This document shows positions 24,607-33,141 of a stretch of DNA of 64,000 bases, piece by piece; positions within the stretch are counted from its first letter, which is position 1; every line of letters starts with the position of its first letter. A program made the position numbers and the translations under genes. The stretch spans positions 71-64,070 of the IMG/VR virus record IMGVR_UViG_3300042993_000007; one strand, 5' to 3'. This DNA is from a virus. Its lineage: Duplodnaviria; Caudoviricetes. Under the pieces are notes generated by a model that was not told the origin of the DNA, ran no database searches, and saw only the letters and a list, made by a program, of their open reading frames with translations.

Positions 24607-27005
24607 GCTCTGCGAGTCTCCACTGGGGGCGCGTACCGTTAGAGCTCAGGAGACTTAAGCGCTGGTGTGTAGCTGGCCCTGATAAGTCTCCATATGCCAT
24701 CGGACCGAAAGGCCTCTACCGTGCTAGTGATACTGACCCTAATGACTGGGGCACGTTCGAAGATGTTGCGGCTTACGCCCACAGCATCGACGCACATATA
24801 GGCTTCGTACTGCATGCGGGTGACGGCCTTACCTGCATTGACCTTGACGTTAAGAACCAAACGAACGAACCCAACGCTGCCAAGTGGACCACCCAGGCTG
24901 AGCTGGACCGCTACTGGCGTATCGTGCAATCGTTCGACAGCTACACTGAAAAGAGCCGCTCGGGCCTGGGCTTGCATACCTGGGTGTTAGGTGAGATTGG
25001 CCTGGGTTGCCGACGCCAAGGTGTCGAGGTGTACTCCCAAGCGCGGTTCATGATAACCACAGGTAACGTTGTGCTGGATCGGCCGGTGGCCGAACGCGGT
25101 GGTCTGCTGGGCCTGTTGGTGTCAGAGATCCGTGCTGCCCAGGAGGTCACCCACGTTGAGCTGGAAGAGCTTGAGGAAGTTGAAGACGACGCTACTATAT
25201 TGCAACGGGCTATGGAAGCTGACAACGGCGATAAGTTCAATGCCCTGTGCGCTTGCACCAGTTGCGTTGGAGATGGTGACCGCAAGGTCCACGGCACCTA
25301 CCAGGAGCTAGGCTACCCAACCCAGTCCGAAGCTGACTTGGCACTGATGTCGATCTTTACCTTTTATAGCAACTCCAACGAGCAGTGCCGCAGGCTGTTC
25401 CGTATGTCTGGCCTGGGCCAACGTGAAAAGGCCCTGGTCAACGACCGCTACCTGAACCGCACCCTCAAGATTATCCGTGGTCGGCAGTCCCGTGAGCTGG
25501 CCATTGACGCCGATGGCATCAAGCAGGCTGCCGCCCTGGTGGCTGAGATCCAGGCTGGCCAGTACCGCCCTACCTACGACGTTGACCCCATGGCTGCCCA
25601 GGCGTTGGCCGCTGCACCGGTTGCGGCTGCCCTGGCGCCCATAGCGGCCACTGACGACGACCGGCTACCCTGGCCCCCTGGCTTCGCTGGCGCCCTGGCT
25701 GGCTTCATCTACCAAAGCAGTCCCCGCCCCATTCGTGAGGTGGCAATCGTTGCCGCGATCGGGTTGCTAGCGGGCATCTGCGGGAAGGCGTACTGCATAC
25801 CGCAGTCGGGCCTCAACGTTTATATGGTGCTAGTGGCGCGGTCTGCTATCGGCAAGGAGGCGCTGCACAGCGGCCTAGCAATGCTGATGGCTGCGGTGCG
25901 TGAGTCAACCCCTGCTGCAATGAACTTCCTGGACTTCTCTGAGTTTGCCTCCGGGCAAGCACTTCAAAAGGCGTGTGCGATCAACCAGTCGTTCTGCAAT
26001 GTGTCCGGCGAGTGGGGTCGTAAGCTGAAACGCCTTGCGGCTGAGGATGGCCGCGATGGGCCGATGCAAACCCTGCGCACGGTGATGACCAACCTTTACC
26101 AGAAGTCTGGTCCAGCTTCCATCGTTGGTGGGGTTGCGTACTCCAAGAAGGAGGACAACGTAGCCTCGGTGTCCGGCGTTGCCTACAGCATGATCGGAGA
26201 GACAACTCCAGGCACGTTCTTCAAGGCGCTGACTGAAAGTATGATGGAAGACGGTTTCCTATCGCGCTTTAGTCACGTGGAGTACCTGGGGCAACGGCCA
26301 CGGGCCAACCCCAACCCGCTAAAACGCCCTGACCGCGCCCTTACAGACGCGCTGTGCGGCTTATGTGTGCAGGCCATGACCTTGCTGAGCCGGTTCCAGA
26401 CGTGCTCTGTGCTAAACGACCCACAGGCCGAGGCGTTGATTACCGAGTTTGATCTTGAGTGTGATAAGCAGATTAACAGCACTGACGATGAAAGCTGGCG
26501 GCAGATGTGGAACCGGGCGCACCTAAAGGTGTATCGACTGGCCGCACTGATGGCAGTGGCAGACAACTGGCTCAACCCTGTGGTTAACCTCGCTCACGCC
26601 ACCTGGGCGCTCGACCTCGTTAAGCGGGACATCGCCCTGATGCAGAAACACATGGAGGCCGGTGATGTTGGCCTGGGGGACTCGTCCAGGGAGCGCAAGC
26701 TGCTTAACATCATGGGTGAGTTCCTGGCACAGCCAATTAGCTCAGGTTACGGCATACCGGAAACCATGCGCTTCGATAGCATCGTGCCACGCAAGTTCCT
26801 GCAGATACGTTGCCAACGTGTTAGTTCGTTTACTGAGTACCGCATGGGCGCCAACATGGCGATGGATAATACACTTAGAGCTCTCTGCGATAACGGTTAT
26901 ATTCAAGAAGTTGAACGCAGTACACTTGTCACTAAGTACGGGTTCCAGGGTAAAGCGTATCGAATTATCTCTTTGCCGGACTCTGCTAAGTTGCGAAAGC
27001 GTTAA
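24603..27005 (+). CDS. Primase-polymerase (NrS-1-like AEP domain) with C-terminal helicase-like domain
   Basis: CIDLD, EKSRSGLGLH, EVYSQARFMITTG, QSEADLAL...LFRMSGL; C-terminal VARSAIGKE P-loop variant; ATGA overlap at 24603. Confidence 0.85.
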   Translation: MSSASLHWGRVPLELRRLKRWCVAGPDKSPYAIGPKGLYRASDTDPNDWGTFEDVAAYAHSIDAHIGFVLHAGDGLTCIDLDVKNQTNEPNAAKWTTQAELDRYWRIVQSFDSYTEKSRSGLGLHTWVLGEIGLGCRRQGVEVYSQARFMITTGNVVLDRPVAERGGLLGLLVSEIRAAQEVTHVELEELEEVEDDATILQRAMEADNGDKFNALCACTSCVGDGDRKVHGTYQELGYPTQSEADLALMSIFTFYSNSNEQCRRLFRMSGLGQREKALVNDRYLNRTLKIIRGRQSRELAIDADGIKQAAALVAEIQAGQYRPTYDVDPMAAQALAAAPVAAALAPIAATDDDRLPWPPGFAGALAGFIYQSSPRPIREVAIVAAIGLLAGICGKAYCIPQSGLNVYMVLVARSAIGKEALHSGLAMLMAAVRESTPAAMNFLDFSEFASGQALQKACAINQSFCNVSGEWGRKLKRLAAEDGRDGPMQTLRTVMTNLYQKSGPASIVGGVAYSKKEDNVASVSGVAYSMIGETTPGTFFKALTESMMEDGFLSRFSHVEYLGQRPRANPNPLKRPDRALTDALCGLCVQAMTLLSRFQTCSVLNDPQAEALITEFDLECDKQINSTDDESWRQMWNRAHLKVYRLAALMAVADNWLNPVVNLAHATWALDLVKRDIALMQKHMEAGDVGLGDSSRERKLLNIMGEFLAQPISSGYGIPETMRFDSIVPRKFLQIRCQRVSSFTEYRMGANMAMDNTLRALCDNGYIQEVERSTLVTKYGFQGKAYRIISLPDSAKLRKR

Positions 27006-27037
27006 AATCTTGCATTAACCGGGCGTTAGTTTATATT
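27004..27037 (+). promoter_or_regulatory. sigma70-like promoter with AAAATC element
   Basis: AAAATC-TTGCAT-N16-TATATT. Confidence 0.6.
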
Positions 27038-27078
27038 AACTATGCCGCTCAAAACATACCAACCGCAGGAGCTTCAAC

Positions 27079-28041
27079 ATGCAGATTAACTACGGCGACA
27101 TGGTCGCTACGTTGGCGAAACCCGGTGACGATATCTTGGCATCCCTGACGCCTTTGAAGTGCCACCTGTGGCACATGGCATCTTGCATCCCTGGCGAAGC
27201 TGGCGAGTTGTTTGACGCCGTCAAGAAACACGTGATTTATAACAAGCCCATGGACCGCCTCAATGTGGTTGAAGAACTCGGTGACCTGGAGTTCTACATG
27301 GAAGGCTTGCGCCAGGGCCTGGGCATCACCCGTGAAGAAACCTTGGCCGCTAACGTCGCCAAGTTGGGTGAACGTTACAAGGGTTTGAAGTACAGCGACA
27401 AGGCTGCCCAGGAGCGTGCTGACAAGGTTTCCGACCGCAGCTTTATCGGCCAACAGCAGTTGGCGTCCACGCCGATGCAGGCGCCCCAGGCGCTCGCTGG
27501 GCTGCACATGCCGCCACCGGCTGCCGCAGTGCCTAGCGACATGCCGCAGATGCCTGCACCGTTCCCACACGCACCATCGTTCGCACCTGCACCAGCCCCA
27601 CAGATTCCGTCGGCTGCCCCGCCAACCGGTTGGGATGCCCCACCACCTATTCAAACTGTGCCACCAAGCGCGCCCCAGGGCGAACAGATCAACGTTGCGG
27701 CCATCGGTAAGACCGGTGAGCTCAGCCACATCCACACCACGTCGCTTGGCGCCTTTGTGGCGTACGATGAAGGTGCCCAGGAGCTCGGCCGGTTCGTTAC
27801 CCTCAACGAAGCTGTGGTGGCCGTGCGTAACCACAATGTTGCGCTGAACACCGCCAAGGACGCCACCACCCAGGGCACGCAAGCCTTCGAGGCAGTGGCT
27901 GCCAAGGTTGCCATGGGCTCCATCTCCGAGGTGACGTACCTCCTCAACGCCGCGGACAACCCGTTCGAAACTGGGACCGTCGGTTACAACAACTTCCGTG
28001 CCGCGTTTCTTGCTGCTGGCACTGCACACATCGGCGGTTAA
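27079..28041 (+). CDS. MazG-like nucleotide pyrophosphohydrolase with long C-terminal extension
   Basis: GEAGELFDAVKK...EELGDLEFY...NVAKLGERY; Pro/Ala-rich linker. Confidence 0.8.
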   Translation: MQINYGDMVATLAKPGDDILASLTPLKCHLWHMASCIPGEAGELFDAVKKHVIYNKPMDRLNVVEELGDLEFYMEGLRQGLGITREETLAANVAKLGERYKGLKYSDKAAQERADKVSDRSFIGQQQLASTPMQAPQALAGLHMPPPAAAVPSDMPQMPAPFPHAPSFAPAPAPQIPSAAPPTGWDAPPPIQTVPPSAPQGEQINVAAIGKTGELSHIHTTSLGAFVAYDEGAQELGRFVTLNEAVVAVRNHNVALNTAKDATTQGTQAFEAVAAKVAMGSISEVTYLLNAADNPFETGTVGYNNFRAAFLAAGTAHIGG

Positions 28042-28044
28042 CAC

Positions 28045-28479
28045 ATGTCCCTGATTCCTCAGAACCCGGTAACGCAGAAAGACCTTGTCGAGTGGTACAA
28101 CCTCAAGGTCCAGCTCAAGGCGATGAAAGCCCTGGCGGATAAAGAAATGCTGCTGCGCAAGAAGATCTTCGGTGGCCTATTTCCCAAGCCAACCGAGGGC
28201 GTCAACGCGCACACCATGCCCGACGGCTACATCGTTAAAGGCACGTACAAGATCGACAGGAAAGTTGAAATCGCTGTGCTCAAAAGCTGCACCGAAAGCT
28301 TCATTGAGCGTGGCGTTTCACCGGACTCACTGATCGAGTATAAGCCCGAGCTGTGTCTGTCTGCGTACCGCAAGTTGACCGAGGAGCAGGCAGCCATATT
28401 CGACGAGTGTCTGATTATCAAACCAGCCTCGCCGGAACTGGTCATCGTACCGCCAGCAGCTCCCAAGGGGAGTAAATAG
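28045..28479 (+). CDS. Conserved phage hypothetical protein
   Basis: EMLLRKKIF...EGVN...KPEL...IKPASPEL pattern typical of siphovirus replication modules. Confidence 0.7.
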   Translation: MSLIPQNPVTQKDLVEWYNLKVQLKAMKALADKEMLLRKKIFGGLFPKPTEGVNAHTMPDGYIVKGTYKIDRKVEIAVLKSCTESFIERGVSPDSLIEYKPELCLSAYRKLTEEQAAIFDECLIIKPASPELVIVPPAAPKGSK

Positions 28480-28490
28480 AGGTATGACGT

Positions 28491-29000
28491 ATGAGGGTGA
28501 CCATCATTACCGACGCATCCTGGTGTCCAACCACCAAGGTTGCCGGATATGGATTTTGGGTCGCCTGTGAACGGGGTCGGCGTCGTGGTGGTGGCACCAT
28601 CAAGACGCTGGTTCCTAGTAGCTTGGCGGCTGAGATGATGGCCATGGTGAACGGGTTGTGCCAGGGCATGCGGTTGGGGATGATCTCCAGCGGGGACGCG
28701 CTACTGATTCAGACGGACTGCCAGTCGGCCATCGATACGTTCAGCAAGTTCCGCAACCCTGGTGATGATGTTGAGGCCCAGGTAGTTGCACACATGGAAG
28801 AGCTTTGCGGCACATGCAGTCTGTCGGTTGAATACCGACACGTTAAAGGGCACACCCAGGGGCGCACACCGCGCACATACGTCAACAACTACTGCGACGC
28901 ACAGGCTAAGAATTATATGCGGGAACGCAGGGGCAAGGCGTTCATTGAACAGTGTCGAGACGCTGTAGATAAAGCCAACGGAGAGCTAAATGAACTTTAA
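28491..29000 (+). CDS. Ribonuclease H-like protein
   Basis: ITDASW, AAEMMA, IQTDC, RHVKGH, NNYCD. Confidence 0.88.
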   Translation: MRVTIITDASWCPTTKVAGYGFWVACERGRRRGGGTIKTLVPSSLAAEMMAMVNGLCQGMRLGMISSGDALLIQTDCQSAIDTFSKFRNPGDDVEAQVVAHMEELCGTCSLSVEYRHVKGHTQGRTPRTYVNNYCDAQAKNYMRERRGKAFIEQCRDAVDKANGELNEL

Positions 29001-29337
29001 CAACCGTAACCATCCGCACCACGATGCAGAGCCGGTGACAACCACCTTGCCACCACCGTTCAACCATGTGACCGAGTTGGAGCTGAAGGACGTCGTTGAC
29101 ATCCTGCATGCCACCACCCACCACCCGAACGCCTGCTTCAGCAAGGGCCAGCTCAAGGCCATCGCCGACAAGGTGCTGGGCAAGCTTGGTATCGCCGAGA
29201 ACCGCCTCATCAACGTTGGGACTGTAGTGCTGGCAATGGGCAAGGCTGCGTCGGAGATGCCAGAAGGCACCCCAGGCAAATCCGAGCTCGACGCATACTT
29301 CCAACTCCTCATCGCTGCACTGAACGGTCGGGGTTAA
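28990..29337 (+). CDS. Hypothetical protein
   Basis: 115 aa, coupled to neighbours. Confidence 0.6.
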   Translation: MNFNNRNHPHHDAEPVTTTLPPPFNHVTELELKDVVDILHATTHHPNACFSKGQLKAIADKVLGKLGIAENRLINVGTVVLAMGKAASEMPEGTPGKSELDAYFQLLIAALNGRG

Positions 29338-29338
29338 C

Positions 29339-30292
29339 ATGCTACCGAATCTCGCCTGTGACTGGGATGAGGCTAAGCAACGCTTTCCGGCGCTGCTGCT
29401 GCCTAAGATCGACGGTGTGCGCGGCTTGAACATGGAAGGCCAGCTCACTGGCCGCAGCCTCAAGACGCATGCCAACCGGTACACGACCAAGTTCTACTCC
29501 GGCTCTGAGCTGATGGGCTTGGACGGCGAGATGGCAGCTGAGGACGAACGTCACCCGGACTTATGCAGGTTGACCACAAGTGCGCTGAACACCATCGTTG
29601 GCGAACCGTTCACACTGTGGCACCTGTTCGACTATGTAACCGAGGCGACCGCTGGGCTGCCGTACTACCGACGGCACGAGCATCTTATGTCCCACGTTGC
29701 CAGCATGCAGAACGCTGGGCCATTGCAGCCCTATGGGCACCTGCGGGTGGTTGGCTTCCGCATTGTCAACAACATGGAAGAGCTACAGGCTGCGGATGAC
29801 GAGAACCTGGACAACGGGTACGAGGGCAGCATCCTTCGGGACCCTAATGGCCTGCACAAGCAAGGTCGCAGCACCGTGAAAGAAGGTGGATACCTGCGCA
29901 TAAAGCGGTTCATAGACTCGGAGGCTGTGGTCATCGGTATTGAGCAGGGCCAAACCAATACCAACGCAGCCCAGGTGAACGAGCTCGGTGGGCAGTTCCG
30001 GACTACGCACGCCGAAGGCATGGTGCCGAACGGCCAAGTTGGCGCTATGCTATGCCGTGCCCTGGCCGACGTATACGATCCCGTGCAGAAGACCAAACTG
30101 CTGATCGCCAAGGACCAGGAAATCATCGTTGCACCTGGGCGCATGCCGGTCGCGCTGCGCAAGTACTACTTCGAACACCAGAACGAGCTGCTCGGTCAAA
30201 CGATCAAGTATAAGTTCTTCCCTAAAGGTATGAAGGACAAGCCACGCTTTCCGACGTACCAATCGCATCGCGCAGCCAGCGACATCTCATAG
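29339..30292 (+). CDS. ATP-dependent DNA ligase
   Basis: PKIDGVR, LDGE, YEGSILR, LRIKRF, KPRFP. Confidence 0.92.
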   Translation: MLPNLACDWDEAKQRFPALLLPKIDGVRGLNMEGQLTGRSLKTHANRYTTKFYSGSELMGLDGEMAAEDERHPDLCRLTTSALNTIVGEPFTLWHLFDYVTEATAGLPYYRRHEHLMSHVASMQNAGPLQPYGHLRVVGFRIVNNMEELQAADDENLDNGYEGSILRDPNGLHKQGRSTVKEGGYLRIKRFIDSEAVVIGIEQGQTNTNAAQVNELGGQFRTTHAEGMVPNGQVGAMLCRALADVYDPVQKTKLLIAKDQEIIVAPGRMPVALRKYYFEHQNELLGQTIKYKFFPKGMKDKPRFPTYQSHRAASDIS

Positions 30293-30300
30293 GGGTTAGT

Positions 30301-31137
30301 ATGAGCATTCTCCAACAGGTTTCAAACGCACCCAGCCGCCAGGGCGTTCGTATGGTGGTGGCGGGTGTGGAGAAGGTGGGTAAGACCACTTTCGCCGCTA
30401 GTGCGCCCAGGCCCATCCTGGTGCCGCTGGAGGTTGGTGCAGTAGGCATCACCGTCAACAAGACGCCAATGCTTCAGAAGCTGCAAGACACCGAGCAGTT
30501 TATTGCGGAGGTGTTGGCCGCTTGCCAAGCTGGCCAGTTCCCGTACCAAAGCATTATCTTTGATAGCTGCACAGCGTTCGAGCGCCAGATCCATGACTCG
30601 ATCATTGAGGCCGACCCAAGCTGGGCCAAGGGTAACAAGCGCTCGGTAACAATGGAGAGCGCCCTGGGTGGGTACGGTCGGGCGTACACCTACGCCAACG
30701 AGCGGTTCGACTCGTTCCTAAAGCAGTGTGACGTCCTGGCGGTGTTGTGCGGTATCAACATCATTTTCACCGCCCACGTATTCGCCGCCAAAATGATGGA
30801 CCCTACCCAGGGTGAGTACGATAGCTGGGACCTGCTGCTGCACTCTCCGAAGAACCAGAAGACCTACGGCAAGCGTGAAATTATCACGCAGTGGGCAGAC
30901 GTGGTGGGCTTTATGTACGAGCCGATGTACATCACCAAAAGTGACAATATGTCCAAGGGCGTCAGCGCCAACAAAGGGCGCGTGATGGGCTTGAGCAGAA
31001 CTCCTTCTTACGTGGCGGGAAACCGTTACGGCGTTGAAGGCGAGGTTTCCATTCCCCGCCAGGGCGGGTGGAATCAACTTGCGCATGCAATCTACAATGC
31101 CAGCGGCATTGACCTTTTTAACCGCGATATAGTGTAA
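30301..31137 (+). CDS. Sak4-like AAA ATPase (recombination)
   Basis: GVEKVGKTTFA, IIFDS, IIFTAH, AGNRY. Confidence 0.8.
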   Translation: MSILQQVSNAPSRQGVRMVVAGVEKVGKTTFAASAPRPILVPLEVGAVGITVNKTPMLQKLQDTEQFIAEVLAACQAGQFPYQSIIFDSCTAFERQIHDSIIEADPSWAKGNKRSVTMESALGGYGRAYTYANERFDSFLKQCDVLAVLCGINIIFTAHVFAAKMMDPTQGEYDSWDLLLHSPKNQKTYGKREIITQWADVVGFMYEPMYITKSDNMSKGVSANKGRVMGLSRTPSYVAGNRYGVEGEVSIPRQGGWNQLAHAIYNASGIDLFNRDIV

Positions 31138-31149
31138 GGAAATCCCCAT

Positions 31150-32079
31150 ATGGCTTCGCTGAACTTTAATGCCCAAACTGTTGCACCGTCCACCGGCCAG
31201 TTGGATGCCATGCCGAAAGGCTGGTACAACGCGCTTATCGAGAGCTCCGAAACCAAGCCGACCTCCAAAGGTGACGGCTCGTACCTGGAACTGAAATTCA
31301 AAATCATTTCCGGGCGTTTCCATAACCGCAGTGTGTACGCACGTTTGAACCTCAACAACCCCAACCCGGTTGCCCAGGAAATCGCGTACAAAGACCTGAG
31401 CGCAATCTGCCACGCCACCGGCATCCTGAGCGTCCAGGACAGCAGCCAGTTGCACAACATCCCGTTGAAGATCCGGCTCAAGGTGCGCAAAGGCAACGAC
31501 GAGTACGACGACAACAACGAAATTTCCGCGTTCAAGAATATCAACGAGCAGGTGAAGCTCGCCGACGACGAGAACCCGGCTCCTGGTGCGGCTGGCGGCT
31601 ACCAACAGATGCCACCGCAACAGCAAATGCCTCCGCAGCAAATGCCTCCTCAGCAACAACAGCAAATGCCTCCACAGCAGCAGTATCAACAGCCGCCTGT
31701 GCAGCAGCAACAGCAGATGCCGCCTCAGCAGCAGTACCAGCAGCAGCCCCCAGTGCAGCAACAGCCGCCGATTCAGCAACAGCAGCCGCAGTACCAGCAG
31801 GCCCAACAGCCTTGGCAGCAGCCTGACCAGCAGCAACAGCAGCAACAGTATCAGCAACAGCCGCCAGTCCAGCAGCAGATGCAACAGCAGCCGCCAATGG
31901 ACCAGCCTCCGCAGATGCAGCAGCAGATGCAACAGCAGCCTCCGGTGCAACAACAGCAGCAGATTCCTCCGCAACAGCAGCAACAGCAACAGCCTCCTGT
32001 GCAGCAACAGCAACCGTACAACGGTGCTCAGCTGAACAACCCTCAAGCAGCTATTCCACCTTGGCAGCAGCCGCAGTAA
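31150..32079 (+). CDS. DUF669-type ssDNA-binding protein with about 160-aa Gln/Pro tail
   Basis: MPKGWYNALIESSE...YLELKFKII...RLNL...NEISAF; CAG/CAA-rich 3' half. Confidence 0.75.
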   Translation: MASLNFNAQTVAPSTGQLDAMPKGWYNALIESSETKPTSKGDGSYLELKFKIISGRFHNRSVYARLNLNNPNPVAQEIAYKDLSAICHATGILSVQDSSQLHNIPLKIRLKVRKGNDEYDDNNEISAFKNINEQVKLADDENPAPGAAGGYQQMPPQQQMPPQQMPPQQQQQMPPQQQYQQPPVQQQQQMPPQQQYQQQPPVQQQPPIQQQQPQYQQAQQPWQQPDQQQQQQQYQQQPPVQQQMQQQPPMDQPPQMQQQMQQQPPVQQQQQIPPQQQQQQQPPVQQQQPYNGAQLNNPQAAIPPWQQPQ

Positions 32080-32095
32080 TCTGAACGATACTGCT

Positions 32096-32123
32096 AATGG
32101 ACGCGGCACTCGCCGCGTCCATT
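32096..32123. terminator. Perfect 12-bp hairpin after SSB gene (terminator or processing site)
   Basis: AATGGACGCGGC-ACTC-GCCGCGTCCATT; no clear U-tract. Confidence 0.5.
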
Positions 32124-32139
32124 CACTACGGGGTGTCAC

Positions 32140-33141
32140 ATGCCAAACGTTACCATAGCCGTGGAGACTATACGTCTCCGTGAGCGGCTTCTTGAGCAAG
32201 ACCAAGGTTCTAACTTTCGTATGTGGCTTGGCCGCGTGCTTCCGCACATAGGCGACGCATACAGGGAAGGTGAAGAGAGCTTCCGGACGCACATGGGCGC
32301 GAGCCTCATCGGTGCGGAGTGTCCGCGTGAAATCTGGTATGGCTTCCACTGGACTACAAAGCCGCACTTCCCAGGCCGCATACTGAGGCTCTTCAACCGG
32401 GGTCACCTGGAGGAAGGACGGTTCATTGCACTGATGCTCATGTGCGGGTTCCAGGTGTACCAGCAGGACGAGCACGGTAAGCAGTTCCGTATCAGCCACG
32501 CTGGTGGGCACTTCGGTGGCTCAGGTGATGGTGTGGTTATCGGCCTGCCAGACCTGGCACCTGGGCAAGCTGCGCTAGCCGAGTTCAAAACGCACAGCGA
32601 AAAGTCATTCCACGAGCTGGCTGGCAGCAACTGGAAGGACCATGTTGACGTGCTGTGTGGGCGCCCAAGCACGGCCAAGGACACGAACTTTACCGGCAAG
32701 GGTGTGCGCGAAGCCAAGTTCGAACACTTTGTCCAGATGCAGATGTACATGCGCAAGATGGGGTTAGCCGTCGCGCTGTACGAGGCTGTCAACAAGAACG
32801 ACGACTCTATCTACTCCGAGTTGGTACACCTGGATTCGCTGCTAGCAGACCAGTTCCTGGAGCGCGGCCAACTGCTAGTGTTCGCTGACACACCGCCAGC
32901 CCGCATCGGTAAAAGCATCGGGTTCTACAAGTGCCGCTTCTGCGACCACAAGGCTGTGTGCCATCAGCAGGCCGCACCTGCTGTCAACTGCCGCACCTGT
33001 AAACACTCCCGCGTGATCGCAGACGGCACCTGGGCGTGCGTACACCCGACGCAATGGGGTGCCGGTGATAGCCACACATTACCGAAGGAGATCCAGTTCA
33101 CCGCGTGCCCTTCCTACGAAGCCAGTGACTTTACGATATGA
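32140..33141 (+). CDS. Cas4/AddB-like PD-(D/E)XK exonuclease
   Basis: SLIGAECPR, GSGDG, EFKT, QMQMYM, CRFC...C Fe-S cysteines. Confidence 0.82.
   Translation: MPNVTIAVETIRLRERLLEQDQGSNFRMWLGRVLPHIGDAYREGEESFRTHMGASLIGAECPREIWYGFHWTTKPHFPGRILRLFNRGHLEEGRFIALMLMCGFQVYQQDEHGKQFRISHAGGHFGGSGDGVVIGLPDLAPGQAALAEFKTHSEKSFHELAGSNWKDHVDVLCGRPSTAKDTNFTGKGVREAKFEHFVQMQMYMRKMGLAVALYEAVNKNDDSIYSELVHLDSLLADQFLERGQLLVFADTPPARIGKSIGFYKCRFCDHKAVCHQQAAPAVNCRTCKHSRVIADGTWACVHPTQWGAGDSHTLPKEIQFTACPSYEASDFTI

Noticed and set aside
31600-32040. CAG/CAA tandem repeats as a non-coding repeat element or CRISPR
   Set aside because: In-frame Gln codons with synonymous variation; protein-level low complexity.
30718-32511. 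597-aa Leu-rich minus-strand ORF
   Set aside because: Shadow of the CAG-rich polyQ gene (CTG = Leu on the opposite strand); overlaps three genuine plus-strand genes.
32140-33141. Cas4-like gene as a sign of a CRISPR system
   Set aside because: No repeat-spacer array or other cas genes; stand-alone Cas4-like nucleases are standard in phage recombination modules.
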